From NCBI GenBank assembly GCA_044222185.1, contig JBGANV010000008.1, positions 160,001 through 224,000 of the forward strand: 64,000 nt of DNA, in the 5' to 3' direction. Shown in pieces: positions 49,980 to 59,992 of this stretch; the first letter of the stretch is position 1, and the number at the start of each line of letters is the position of its first letter. Both the position numbers and the translations under genes were made by a program. The stretch comes from Planctomycetota bacterium (GTDB lineage Bacteria > Planctomycetota > GCA-002687715 > CAIWVZ01). The notes below the pieces were generated by a model, which was given only the letters and a program-made list of their open reading frames with translations, had not been told where the DNA came from and made no database searches.

Positions 49980-50300
49980 TCGTCGGTCCGCCCTGCGAAG
50001 CCAGGGTGGACGGCTTCACGACCTGAGTGACCCGTGCGGCGCATCGGGTTCGATGAAACGACGCGACCGCACGAGTCCGCGCTCCGGACGTGCCGGCTCC
50101 CCGCCAGAGAAACCCCCATGCTCCCCATGAGCACAGGTCATGCACGCTTGGAGCGAGGACTCCTGCGGTCGCCTCGCTGTCGAATCAATCGCACCAGCCC
50201 AGCACCAGCACCCCCATCGAGAACCGATCGAAGGAGAACCCGCGCGCCGGCCGCGTGAACCACGAACTCGCTGCCTGGTCGGCCAGGATCGGCAGCGGAT

Positions 50301-52508
50301 TCACTGTCCGCGCAGCCGACGCGCTTGTTGAATCATCCGGAGCACTTCGGCCCGAGGACCCGTGAGATCGCCCGTCGCACCTTCGCGAACGAGCTTCTCG
50401 AGCGTGTCCCACGGCGGCGCCGTGCTCTCACGCAACCCGCAAAGCTCCAGGCCGAACATCGCGATGGCCGAAGCCAGCCGGAAGTCGGACGACGTCTGCG
50501 ACACGTCACGCCCTGCGTCACTCGCGGATGCCTCCACGGGAGGCGCCGTCCGCGATTCGTTCGGCTTCTGGTACCGCACGGTCACGGTCAACACGTCGTT
50601 GCTGTGACTGCGATCCTTCGCCGCGCGATCGGGCTGATAGCGCAGCGGCGACTTGCCATCGGGCCTCGCCACGTTCGGCGACGTCGACGGGATGATCTCG
50701 TAGAGCGCCACCACGTCGTCGCCGGACCCGAGCTGACCGATGGGGCCACGGTCGTCGCGTGCCGCTCCATCGCTCACGCGGCGGTTCGTGTAACCCACCA
50801 GTCTGTACGAAGCCACCATGTTCGGATTGAACTCGACCTGGAGCCGAACGTCGCGAGCGACGACGAAGAGCCGAGACCCGATCTGATCGGCCAGCGAGCG
50901 ACCCGCATCCCGTTCGTCGGCGAGCACGCCACTCGTTCCCTCGACGCGCGTCGCGAGCGCCTTCATGGCATCACGACCCGTACGGTTCTGGCCCACGGTC
51001 ATGACCGTGAACTGGACGCCGGGCCGGGCCTTGCCGATGACCACGTCGGCCCATGCCGGTTCGGCCTGACGATCGGACTCGAACGCCGCGTCCGTGATCA
51101 GCACGACGCGATTCGTGCCGTTCGACACCAGGTTCTCGGTGGCCGCGGCATACGCGAGCTCGAGGGCGTCGCCGCCGGACTTCCGCGCCGAGGACGACGC
51201 GACCAGCGCATTCACCGCATCCCGAAGCTTCGCGGCGTCGCTCTTGCGGCAGAAGATCGAGGGCGCAACGACGTGCGATCCGCCGTTCGTGGCCGCGACG
51301 ATCGCGACGCGATCGTTGTCCGTGAGGTGAGCGATCACGTCGCCGAGCGCCCGCCGGACCAGGGCCAGCTTGCCGCTCTCGCCCATGCTTCGCGAGAGAT
51401 CGACGACGAACACCAGGTTCGCCCGTTGACGGACGCCCTTCCACGGAACCTGCCGCCCCTTGATGCCGACGAAGGCGAGGCGGTGTTTCAGATCCCAGGG
51501 GCACTGCCCGACTTCGAGCGTCACCGACAACGCCCTCTCGCCATCCGCATTCGGCAGATTCCACGAGAGGAAGTTGACCATCTCCTCGATGCGCACGGCG
51601 GCCGGGTTCGGCAGAAATCCTTCCGTGAGGCGATCACGCACCTCCACGAATCCGCTTCCGCCAACCTCGACGGAGAACGTGGATCGGGCGTCTTCGCCGT
51701 CCGTCGTCCGATAGGACGCATCGGGGACGAAATCGAGAGGTTCGATCGTGGCCGGATCGGGCGCGTCGGCGATGGGAATCCGTGGTGCCGTGACGGCGGT
51801 CGGCTTCATCGGCGCGGATGCCGTGGGCGGTCGAGGATTCCGTGGTGGCGGTTCGGTGTGTCCCTTGGTGACCGCCATGCTCGGGCCCGGCTCGTTCGGC
51901 ACGGTCGGGCGATCGTCGTCGGTCGGCGTGACGCCGTCGCGGTTGGCGAACTCCCCGCCGTGCGGCGAGATCGGAGGCACGACGACTCCGTCCGACGGAA
52001 CGCCTGGGATGGAGCTCACGTTCGGGCGGTCGACGTCGTCTCCGAGCTTCGGATCCGACATGCGCGGAGTGATCGTGAACGTCAGGTTCGTTTCGTTCTC
52101 CGGCTCGGGCACCGCAGTCGGCGGCACGCCCCGGTTCACCACGAAGAACGCTCCGATGAGGATTGCCGCGGCCGCCGTCGCCCACGCGGGGCGCGAGTGC
52201 CACAAACGCCGGCGTTGATTCCACGAAGCCGCGACCGGCGCATCCTCATTCGCATCGACCGGATCGGTCTCGTCGGCCGTGAGGGCCTCGGCGATCGCCA
52301 GCTTCGCGTCGGCGCTGAGGCCGGCCGTCAGCGCCACTTCCTGTTGCAGTTCCTCGCCCAGGAACCCGGCAGCCGACCGGATCTGCTCGACTTCGAAGCG
52401 GGCCGCCGGGTTTCGTGAGAGGAATGCCTCGACTTCGGCCGCCTCGGACGAGTTCAACTCGCCGAGCGCGTACGCCGTCAGTCTGGGATCATCGAACTCG
52501 AACTCCAT
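50301..52508 (-). CDS. Anti-sigma-like N-terminus - TM - YfbK-like vWA domain protein (vWF_A, VWA, DUF3520)
   Basis: DDPRLTAYALGEL...EVE (anti-sigma domain without Zn ligands), a TM helix and a Pro-rich linker. Then STFSVEV, AVRIEEMVNF, NLVFVVDLSRSM (MIDAS), NRVVLITD, QVEFNP..VASYRLVGY.NR and VVALYEI. Confidence 0.9.
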   Translation of the reverse strand: MEFEFDDPRLTAYALGELNSSEAAEVEAFLSRNPAARFEVEQIRSAAGFLGEELQQEVALTAGLSADAKLAIAEALTADETDPVDANEDAPVAASWNQRRRLWHSRPAWATAAAAILIGAFFVVNRGVPPTAVPEPENETNLTFTITPRMSDPKLGDDVDRPNVSSIPGVPSDGVVVPPISPHGGEFANRDGVTPTDDDRPTVPNEPGPSMAVTKGHTEPPPRNPRPPTASAPMKPTAVTAPRIPIADAPDPATIEPLDFVPDASYRTTDGEDARSTFSVEVGGSGFVEVRDRLTEGFLPNPAAVRIEEMVNFLSWNLPNADGERALSVTLEVGQCPWDLKHRLAFVGIKGRQVPWKGVRQRANLVFVVDLSRSMGESGKLALVRRALGDVIAHLTDNDRVAIVAATNGGSHVVAPSIFCRKSDAAKLRDAVNALVASSSARKSGGDALELAYAAATENLVSNGTNRVVLITDAAFESDRQAEPAWADVVIGKARPGVQFTVMTVGQNRTGRDAMKALATRVEGTSGVLADERDAGRSLADQIGSRLFVVARDVRLQVEFNPNMVASYRLVGYTNRRVSDGAARDDRGPIGQLGSGDDVVALYEIIPSTSPNVARPDGKSPLRYQPDRAAKDRSHSNDVLTVTVRYQKPNESRTAPPVEASASDAGRDVSQTSSDFRLASAIAMFGLELCGLRESTAPPWDTLEKLVREGATGDLTGPRAEVLRMIQQARRLRGQ

Positions 52509-52532
52509 GTGTCTCTCCAGGTGCTCGGAGCG

Positions 52533-53063
52533 TCAGCTCCGGTCTCCCGCGACCTCTCGCCGAACGGCCTTGAGGCCGATGTGAATCAAATAGCCCACGT
52601 TGGACACGCTCAACTTCGTGATCCGACTGATCTCCTTGTAGGAGAGTCCGTGTTGGAACTTCAGCCGGATCACCTCCTGCTGGTTCTCGGGCAGGTGGGC
52701 CAGCGCGCGCAGCATGCGGAATCCCTCTTCTCGCTCCTCGAGGGTCTCGACCGCGGGTGCTTCCGCGCTCCGCATGCGTGCGACGTCCTCGTCCGTGAGC
52801 GGAGTGAGCCGTCTGTCTTTGCGCCGGGTGTCCAATGCCAGATTCCTGCAGACCGTGTAGAGCCACTCGGCGAGCTTGTGCTCGACCGACTGGCGGTCCT
52901 GGCGACAGAGCTTCAAGAACGTCTCTTGCACCAGGTCTCGGGCCGCTTCGAGATTCCCGACCAGCCGCGCTGCGTAAGACGTGAGCCCGCTCTCGAACCG
53001 CTCCACGGCGGTCATCACCCAGTCCGAGCCTGGGTCTGGTTTGGCGGGTTCATCGCTCGTCAT
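52533..53063 (-). CDS. ECF RNA polymerase sigma factor
   Basis: ARDLVQETFLKL, WLYTVCRNLALDTRRK and LPENQQEVIRLKFQHGLSYKEIS...NVGYLIH.GLK. Directly upstream of the anti-sigma-vWA gene. Confidence 0.93.
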   Translation of the reverse strand: MTSDEPAKPDPGSDWVMTAVERFESGLTSYAARLVGNLEAARDLVQETFLKLCRQDRQSVEHKLAEWLYTVCRNLALDTRRKDRRLTPLTDEDVARMRSAEAPAVETLEEREEGFRMLRALAHLPENQQEVIRLKFQHGLSYKEISRITKLSVSNVGYLIHIGLKAVRREVAGDRS

Positions 53064-53266
53064 GCGCGTCTGCCGGAGATTCCAACCGGTCCGAACACCT
53101 CTACCACGGGCGGACCGCGAACTTCTTAGAGACGAGGGCGGAAGGCGCAGCACGCCCCGGCCACCCGGATGCGCAGCGCGAGGTGCATAGGTGCATGGTC
53201 TACAACGACTTGCACCCCATCGAACGTATGAAACGGCCCCCGCCCAGGCCGACTAAGATCGCCGCC

Positions 53267-55303
53267 ATGACTCACGAAACGGGACCCGGCCTGCTCGTCC
53301 TCATGTCCATCGTGTTCGCGGCCGGGTTGGGCGCCCCCGCCCAGCAGCCGACCGAGATCACCGCAGACGTCACGCTCGACCCGGCGAAGACCTACGGCCC
53401 CCTCCTGATCAAGGCGTCCCGGGTCACGATCGACGGCCGCGGCGCCTGGGTCGTCGGCGCGACGACGGGTCCGGCGAAGGGTTTCAAGGGCGACGGCATC
53501 CAGGCCAAGGGCGTGAGCGGGGTGACCTTGAGGAACGTGAACGTGAAAGGGTTCGAGACGGGTCTGCACCTCGAGGACTGCACGGGTTGGACGGTCGAGG
53601 GCTGCAACCTGTCGAACAACTTCCACGACCCGGATTTCGACTGGGGCGAGAACGGCCGGCGCGGCGGCATCGTCCTCGAGCGCGTCACGAATTCCACGTT
53701 CAGGAACAACAAGGCCAACGACGTCTGGGACGCGTGCGTCCTCGTGCGGTCACACAAGATCACGCTCGAGGGCAACGACTTCTCTCACACGTCGAACACA
53801 TGCCTGAAGCTCTGGAACGCGTGCGACAACGTCATCTCGCGGAACAACCTCAGCTACGGGATCCGCATCAAGCCTGGGGAGGTCCACGCGCGCGACTCCA
53901 CGTCGGTGCTCATCGAGAGCGGCTCGGACCGCAACGAGATGACCGACAACGATTGCACTCACGGCGGCGACGGGATCTTCGTCCGCGTGCTGAACGGGTG
54001 GGTCAGCAAGCACAACCGGTTCGTCGGCAACGACACGTCCTACGCCCACAACAACTGCATCGAGGCGTGGTCGCCGGAGAACACCTGGATCCGCAACAAG
54101 GCGAACCACGGGAGCTATGGCTTCTGGCTCGGCGCCTCGGACAAGAACGTCTTGATCGAGAACGAGGCCGCCTGGAACGGACTCGCGAACGGCAACCACA
54201 ACTCTCCGCACCTGCCCGATTCATGCCATGCGGGCATCGTCTTCATGTTCGGCCCGTCGAGTCACACGGTGCTTCGCAAGAACGACTGCCACGACAACAA
54301 CGGCGCCGGGATCGCGGGGATCGGTGACATCGACTCGAAAGGCGAGAAATGGAAGGCCTTCCACTGGGTCGTCGACGAAAACCGCCTCTCGAACAACCGG
54401 TGGGGCATCTACCTGCAACACGCAGACTGGATCGACGTCGGACCGAACGTCTTCGTCGGAAACCGCGACGGGGAGATCAAGGACGCGGGCGGCGTGACCA
54501 ATCTCTTCCGCCGCGAGGGCACGTTGCCCGTGATGGAGCCGCCGAAGTTCAACATGGTCGTCACCGGTCACGGCCGCGTGGGCAAGTCCATGGCATTCGC
54601 GGCGAAGAGCGTCCGCGACCCGGGTCGCGGGCAACTCACGTATCGATGGGACTTCGGCGAGGGCCAGCCATCGACGCTCGCTGAAACCGGGCACACGTTC
54701 ACGAAGCCTGGTTTCTTCCGGGTCGGCGTCACCGTCTCGAACGGCGTTCTCTCGTCGCTCGGGTGGAGCGACGTCTACGTCACCGAAGACATCCCCGAGC
54801 TGGCGACGGAACATGCAGCCGGCGGTTGGACCTGGACCGACGCGAGCTCCAAGGTCGAGTTCACGGATGACGCCGCGGAGGTGATCGCAGGCAAGTCCTC
54901 GGTCCACGCGCACGCCGAGCCCTACGGAGGAGGCCGCCTGTGGATCTCCTGGCCCAAGGGCCGGGACGCGAGGATCTCCCTCGCGGGCAAGTCCTCGGCG
55001 GTGTTCTGGCTGAAGGTGCGCAACGAGAACGTCCCCGCGTGGCAGGACATGAACCCGCTGGTGACGCTCCACCAGGACGGCAAGACGTCGGCGACGTTCA
55101 CGCCGACGCGTGACTTTCTCAGTGCTCCGCCGTGCAACGAGGCTCGTGACGGCTGGGCCTACTTCGTCGTTCCGCTCGCCGGCGGAGGCGAGTGGAAACG
55201 AACAGGCGGCGCGATCACGACCGTGAACTCGATTTCACTCGGGTTCGATTCGTGGGGCGCGCCGCCGCTCGACGTCTGGATCGACGGCCTCGCGTTCAAG
55301 TGA
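53267..55303 (+). CDS. Secreted right-handed beta-helix (NosD/pectin-lyase-like) protein with PKD and C-terminal carbohydrate-binding-like domain
   Basis: Signal peptide ends APA|Q. Asn-ladder PbH1 repeats, PKD motif LTYRWDFGEG....HTFTKPG.F.V..TVSNG, and a jelly-roll-like tail (VFWLK...VWIDGL.F). Confidence 0.85.
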   Translation: MTHETGPGLLVLMSIVFAAGLGAPAQQPTEITADVTLDPAKTYGPLLIKASRVTIDGRGAWVVGATTGPAKGFKGDGIQAKGVSGVTLRNVNVKGFETGLHLEDCTGWTVEGCNLSNNFHDPDFDWGENGRRGGIVLERVTNSTFRNNKANDVWDACVLVRSHKITLEGNDFSHTSNTCLKLWNACDNVISRNNLSYGIRIKPGEVHARDSTSVLIESGSDRNEMTDNDCTHGGDGIFVRVLNGWVSKHNRFVGNDTSYAHNNCIEAWSPENTWIRNKANHGSYGFWLGASDKNVLIENEAAWNGLANGNHNSPHLPDSCHAGIVFMFGPSSHTVLRKNDCHDNNGAGIAGIGDIDSKGEKWKAFHWVVDENRLSNNRWGIYLQHADWIDVGPNVFVGNRDGEIKDAGGVTNLFRREGTLPVMEPPKFNMVVTGHGRVGKSMAFAAKSVRDPGRGQLTYRWDFGEGQPSTLAETGHTFTKPGFFRVGVTVSNGVLSSLGWSDVYVTEDIPELATEHAAGGWTWTDASSKVEFTDDAAEVIAGKSSVHAHAEPYGGGRLWISWPKGRDARISLAGKSSAVFWLKVRNENVPAWQDMNPLVTLHQDGKTSATFTPTRDFLSAPPCNEARDGWAYFVVPLAGGGEWKRTGGAITTVNSISLGFDSWGAPPLDVWIDGLAFK

Positions 55304-55318
55304 GGCCGTCGATTCCCG

Positions 55319-56833
55319 TCACGGAAGGATCGTCAGTTCGTTCGCGTCGCTGAGCACGATTCCCGACGGATTCGAGGGATCGTTCACGGCCCACTGCGAG
55401 TAGCCCTTGAAGCACGCGAGGGCCGGGATCGCCGGAACGGCGACCGGCACTTCCGCGCAGCCCGTGAGGTCCGTCGCCGTGGGGATGAAGAAGTTCAGGC
55501 TCGCGTCGATCCACAGGTTGCCGATCGCCCCGAACGACAGCGGGAGCGGGGCGCCGAAGGCCGCCGACGTTGCCGTGCCGGTCGCGATGAAGAGCAACGC
55601 GCCCTGGTTCGGAGCGCCATTCACGAGCGAGAGGACGGCGTTCGTTCCGATCGTGTGGCCGTAGCCGGTCGTCACGGCGCGCGGGCGGCCGCTGATGCCG
55701 ACGCCGCCGTAGCCGAACGCGTACCCTTCCTGCCGGACCTGGCCTCGGATCTCGCCACTCGGGTTCGCCGCCGTGTGGATGTTCACGTAGAAGTTGCCCT
55801 TGTTGAGCGTGATGGCCTGAGCGGCGGTCAACGTCGCCGTGCCGGTGATCGGCGACGGTCCTGCGACGAAGCCGATCGTCACGCCGCCGTTCTGACCGAC
55901 CACACCCGTGTGGATGTGCGCGGCCGACGGGGCACCCGAGAGTCCTGCGTAGCTGACGCTGTAGGTCAGCACGTTCGTCGCCGGGTTGAACTCGAGGTAG
56001 GCGCAGCCCGACCCGGTGGTCGTCGTCGGCGGATTCTCCTGCCCGCCGTCGAGCGTCGCCGAGAACGACGTGAGCTCGGGCACGATCTGCCCGCGGATCT
56101 CGCCACCCGGGTTCGCCGCCGTGTGAATGTTGAAGTAGAGGCCGCCGGCCTTCAGGGTCGTGATCTGCGCCGCCGTGAGGGACGCCGTGCCGCAGAAGTG
56201 CGTCGACGTGCCGTTGAGCGCGAAGAGGACCGGGCCCGCGACGCCGACGGCGCCGCCGTGGACGTGCGCGGCCGTCGAAACCGGAACGGTGGACTTCACG
56301 TCGTAATAGATCGTGCCTTCCGGCTCGTTCAGCCGGACCCAGGCCGTGCCGGCGAACGGACTGCCCGTGGGGGGCGTTTCCTGCGCGCCGTTCAGCGTCG
56401 CCTTGAAGTAGGCCTTCTGGGCCGGAACGATCTGACCCCGGATCTCACCACCCGGATTCGCAGCCGTGTGGATGTTGCAATAGAAGCCCTCGGTGAACAG
56501 CGAGAGCTGTTGAGCCGCGGTCAGCGCTGCGGTCTGGCCCTCGAACGTGCCGGGCCCCGTCTGAACGAGGGGGAAAACAACCGGTCCATTCACGCCCACC
56601 GCAGCCGAGTGGATGTGCGCAGCCGTCGGCGCACCGGTGAGGCCGGTGAACCCGACCAGGTAGGAGATCGTGTTGCTCGGCCGGTTCAGGGTGATCGAGG
56701 CAATCCCCGTCCCCTGAGTGACCACCGCCGGGACTTCGTTCGCGCCATTCAGGACCGCTTCGAATTGGAACTGTGCTGAAAGCGGCAACGCCGCCGCTGC
56801 GAACAGAGCCGCAGCCAGGAAGATTCGCTTCAT
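55319..56833 (-). CDS. Secreted protein with three CHRD domains and the shared C-terminal domain
   Basis: Three repeats of L.G.QE.P...AAH(I/V)H....G..G.V...Y.NIHTAANP.GEIRGQ. Signal peptide ends LSA|Q. Ends YSQWAVNDPSNPSGIVLSDANELTILP. Confidence 0.92.
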   Translation of the reverse strand: MKRIFLAAALFAAAALPLSAQFQFEAVLNGANEVPAVVTQGTGIASITLNRPSNTISYLVGFTGLTGAPTAAHIHSAAVGVNGPVVFPLVQTGPGTFEGQTAALTAAQQLSLFTEGFYCNIHTAANPGGEIRGQIVPAQKAYFKATLNGAQETPPTGSPFAGTAWVRLNEPEGTIYYDVKSTVPVSTAAHVHGGAVGVAGPVLFALNGTSTHFCGTASLTAAQITTLKAGGLYFNIHTAANPGGEIRGQIVPELTSFSATLDGGQENPPTTTTGSGCAYLEFNPATNVLTYSVSYAGLSGAPSAAHIHTGVVGQNGGVTIGFVAGPSPITGTATLTAAQAITLNKGNFYVNIHTAANPSGEIRGQVRQEGYAFGYGGVGISGRPRAVTTGYGHTIGTNAVLSLVNGAPNQGALLFIATGTATSAAFGAPLPLSFGAIGNLWIDASLNFFIPTATDLTGCAEVPVAVPAIPALACFKGYSQWAVNDPSNPSGIVLSDANELTILP

Positions 56834-57091
56834 CTCATCGACTCCTATTGCTTCAGGGATCTGGCCGACCGGAGGGACACCTCGTAGCCCGCACGGAAGA
56901 CCTGAAGGTCAACCGCGGCAGGCAGGCAAGAATTTCACGGTGCCGGGTCGGGGGCGCGATTGTAGGGGTTCGTGGATTACGGCCCGCCTCGTTCTCCGGA
57001 TTGTCTGGCGGCCGTGGCGCTCGGTTTTTTCGGGGCTCGCCCGCAGCGCCTCCGTGTCCGAGGCACCGCTCCGGCTACGATGCGCGCCATC

Positions 57092-57493
57092 ATGGAACGA
57101 CAGATCGTTCGTGTCGCCGGATTCGTCGAGCCAAGGGGTTACGAAGATGCGCTCGTGCTGAAGGGCGCATCGGAATGGCTCGTCCTCGGGGGCCACGTCG
57201 CCTTCGACGCAAGTCGCCGTATCCTCCACCCCAATGACCTCCTCGGGCAGTTTCGCGTCGCGTTGCGGAACCTCCGCGCGACCCTTCGTGCGGCCGGTTT
57301 CGAGCCCCGCCACGTGGTGAAGCTCACGATCCACGTCACCAGCGTCGACGACTACCGCGCGAACCTGAAAGCCCTGGGCGCCATCTGGAAGGAGGAGTTC
57401 GGCCGCGAGTACCCGGCCATGACGCTCCTGGGGGTGTCAGGGCTGATGGAGGTCGGCTCCGTCGTGGAGATCGACGGCCTGGCCGCGAAGTAG
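57092..57493 (+). CDS. Rid/YjgF family protein (non-Arg subfamily)
   Basis: PRGY, GGHVAFD, QFRVALRNL...L.AAG....HVVKLTIHV, YPAMTLLGV and VEIDGLA. The catalytic Arg of RidA is replaced by Met. Confidence 0.88.
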   Translation: MERQIVRVAGFVEPRGYEDALVLKGASEWLVLGGHVAFDASRRILHPNDLLGQFRVALRNLRATLRAAGFEPRHVVKLTIHVTSVDDYRANLKALGAIWKEEFGREYPAMTLLGVSGLMEVGSVVEIDGLAAK

Positions 57494-57689
57494 CAGGCCG
57501 GGGCGAGTCCCGCTCCGTGGGGCATGGGCGAGGACGACCGGGAACGCGTGACGGTTGGGGTTCGGTGCCGGGTCGGGTGGGCGCGAGTGAGCTCGTGCGG
57601 CGCCGCTCGCCGTGCACGCCGTCCCGCGCGGGGCGCGCGGCGATCCGCCCCGGCCTCGCCGGGTCGGCGGTGGACCCGGAGCTCCGGCT

Positions 57690-59960
57690 CTACTCTCGCC
57701 GGCCGAAGCCGACGTCGACGTACTGCCCGCCGCGGGTCTGGGTGCAGTGCACGGCGATGACGTTCCGGCCGGTGACGAAGGCGGTACGAGCGGACTCGGC
57801 CAACGGCCGCGTGACGTATCCCGTCGTGTAGCCCTTGCGCTCGAAGACGCGTTGGCCGTTGGCGAAGACCTCGACGTCCTCGTCGTGGTGGATCAGGACG
57901 TGGGTCGGCCGCTCGCCGTCCTTCAGCTCGATGACGCGACGGAGCCAGATGCCAGGAGTCGCCCAACGCGTCCGCGCCACGGCGCCGGGTGTGCCCTCGG
58001 TGCCGAATCCGGCAGGGCCCTCCTTCCACCCGGCGTCGTCGAATGCAGTCCCCTCCCAACCCGCTGGCGGCGCCGCGTCGAGCAGGTATCGCCACGAGAC
58101 CGGCGTCTCCCGCGACGTCGGCGTGATCGTCACGACCTTGGGCGGTGGAACGAAGAGCCGCTCGTTCGCCGCACGCACCCGCGCCTCGTCGAGCTTGGGC
58201 TCGCGGTCATAGGTCATCAGGCCGTTGACCTCGACCTCCACGTCCGTCGTCTGCGTGTAGATCGCCGCCGACAACCCGCTCGCAGCCAGATCGCGCAACT
58301 CGTCGGCAAGCCCCAGGTACGCGTCCGTGAGCGCGGCAGTGGTCGGATAGGCGACGTATCCCCAATTCCCATCCTTCTTCCACGTGTGGCCGGGCACGGG
58401 ATGCCCGAGCCCCCCGAACTCGCCGAGGACGAGCGCGCGGGCGGGATCGTTCGCCGGCATCGCTGGACCCGGATAGGCGTGGATGTCGAGAACGTCGCCG
58501 CACCGCTGGTCCGTCCACCCGCTCGCGTTGTCGATGAGACGCGTCGGGTCCAGGGCGCGCACCCGCTCGACGTATTTCGCCGTGTCGTGCTGCCCCCACC
58601 CCTCGTTGAACACGACCCACATCACGATCGACGGGTGTGCCCGCCGCCCGTTGATGAGCGCCCGCAACTCGCCATCGAACTGCAAGGCGGCGTCGGCCGA
58701 CCGTGCCGTCTGATCCTCCTTCGCCGCGTCCCCGCTCGGCATGTCCTGGAACACCGCGAGTCCGAGCTTGTCGCACCAGAAATACCAGCGCTCCGGCTCG
58801 ACCTTGACGTGCTTGCGTGCGCAGTTGAACCCGAGCGCCTTCGTGCGCTCGATGTCGAACCGCAACGCCGCATCGGTCGGCGCGGTGTAGAGGCCATCCG
58901 GCCAGAACCCCTGATCCAGAGGGCCCACGAAGAAGTAGGGTTTCCCGTTCAGGCACATGCGCGCGCGACCCGAGTCGTCCTTCGTGAGCGTGACGCGGCG
59001 CAGGGCCGCGTAGCTCTCGACCTCGTCGAGGACGACCTCGCCTCGCAGCAGCCGCACGCGAACGCCGTAAAGCGTTGGCGTTTCGGGCGACCAGGCCATC
59101 GGTGCCGCGAGTTCCACGCGCAGGTTCCGGAACGGCCGCACGCTCGAGCGCGCGGATGTCTGCGGATCCTTCTCGTGCGACACCGTGACCTCGACCGAAA
59201 GCTGCGCCGCCGGATCGTTGACGGACACGTCGAAGAGCAGGGCCTTCATCGCGTCATCCGCCGACGCAGACACGGCTGTGATCCGCGACGCCGGCACCGA
59301 CTCGAGCCACACGGTCTGCCAGATCCCGGTCGTGGGCGTGTACCAGATCCCCTCGGGCTTGCGGACCTGCTTGCCTCGGGGCTGCGTGCCTCCGTCGGTC
59401 GGGTCGTCGACTGCGACTGTGATCTCGTGCTCCTTCACGTCGGCAGCCAGTGCCGCCGTGATGTCGAGGCTGAAACCGTCGTAGCCGCCGCGGTGGCGGC
59501 CCACCTCGTGCCCGTCGACTCCGACGACGCACTCCCAGTCGACGGCTCCGAAGTGCAGCAGGACTCGACTCGACGCTGGCCACGCCGCCGGAACGGTGAA
59601 GGTCCGGCGATACCACAGGCGTTGATCGGGACCGACGGCCCGCATCACGCCCGAGAGGGCCGACTCCACGGGGAACGGCACGAGGATCCGCCCGTCCCAT
59701 TTCGACGCGGACGCCTCGGCGCGCGGCGCGATCGCGTAGTCCCAGAGCCCGTTCAGGCTCACCCAGTGGGGTCGCGTCAGCGTGGGCCGCGGATGCTCAG
59801 GGAGCGGTGCCGCTGGGTCCACGTCCTTCGCAAAACGCGTCATCAGCGGCCCGGCAGCAGGCTTCCACGCCTGCTGCGCGCCGCCGGCCGCGGCGAGCAG
59901 TCCCAAGAAGAGGATCGATGCAGGGACCGTGCTTCGACGAAAGGGACTGCTGCGCGTCAT
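57690..59960 (-). CDS. Secreted glycoside hydrolase family 2 (beta-galactosidase/galactofuranosidase-like)
   Basis: SLNGLWDY, ILVPFPVESALSG, LLHFGAVDW, H.GGY, GIWQTVWLE, LDQGFWPDG, GFN..RKHVKVE, WVVFNEGWGQ (acid/base) and LGEFGG (nucleophile). Confidence 0.93.
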   Translation of the reverse strand: MTRSSPFRRSTVPASILFLGLLAAAGGAQQAWKPAAGPLMTRFAKDVDPAAPLPEHPRPTLTRPHWVSLNGLWDYAIAPRAEASASKWDGRILVPFPVESALSGVMRAVGPDQRLWYRRTFTVPAAWPASSRVLLHFGAVDWECVVGVDGHEVGRHRGGYDGFSLDITAALAADVKEHEITVAVDDPTDGGTQPRGKQVRKPEGIWYTPTTGIWQTVWLESVPASRITAVSASADDAMKALLFDVSVNDPAAQLSVEVTVSHEKDPQTSARSSVRPFRNLRVELAAPMAWSPETPTLYGVRVRLLRGEVVLDEVESYAALRRVTLTKDDSGRARMCLNGKPYFFVGPLDQGFWPDGLYTAPTDAALRFDIERTKALGFNCARKHVKVEPERWYFWCDKLGLAVFQDMPSGDAAKEDQTARSADAALQFDGELRALINGRRAHPSIVMWVVFNEGWGQHDTAKYVERVRALDPTRLIDNASGWTDQRCGDVLDIHAYPGPAMPANDPARALVLGEFGGLGHPVPGHTWKKDGNWGYVAYPTTAALTDAYLGLADELRDLAASGLSAAIYTQTTDVEVEVNGLMTYDREPKLDEARVRAANERLFVPPPKVVTITPTSRETPVSWRYLLDAAPPAGWEGTAFDDAGWKEGPAGFGTEGTPGAVARTRWATPGIWLRRVIELKDGERPTHVLIHHDEDVEVFANGQRVFERKGYTTGYVTRPLAESARTAFVTGRNVIAVHCTQTRGGQYVDVGFGRRE

Positions 59961-59992
59961 GCTCCATCTCCGTTCTCGAGAACGGACGGAGC

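Noticed and set aside
49980-50300. Short ORFs and weak hairpins between the convergent FG-GAP and vWA genes
   Set aside because: There is no coding signal or convincing terminator, and such hairpins are expected by chance at this GC content.
55319-56833. Internal DNA repeats in the CHRD gene, and likewise in the FG-GAP and IPT genes
   Set aside because: They are fully explained by tandem protein domain repeats.
57092-57493. Gene symbol ridA
   Set aside because: The protein lacks the catalytic Arg (PAM instead of PAR), so it belongs to another Rid subfamily.
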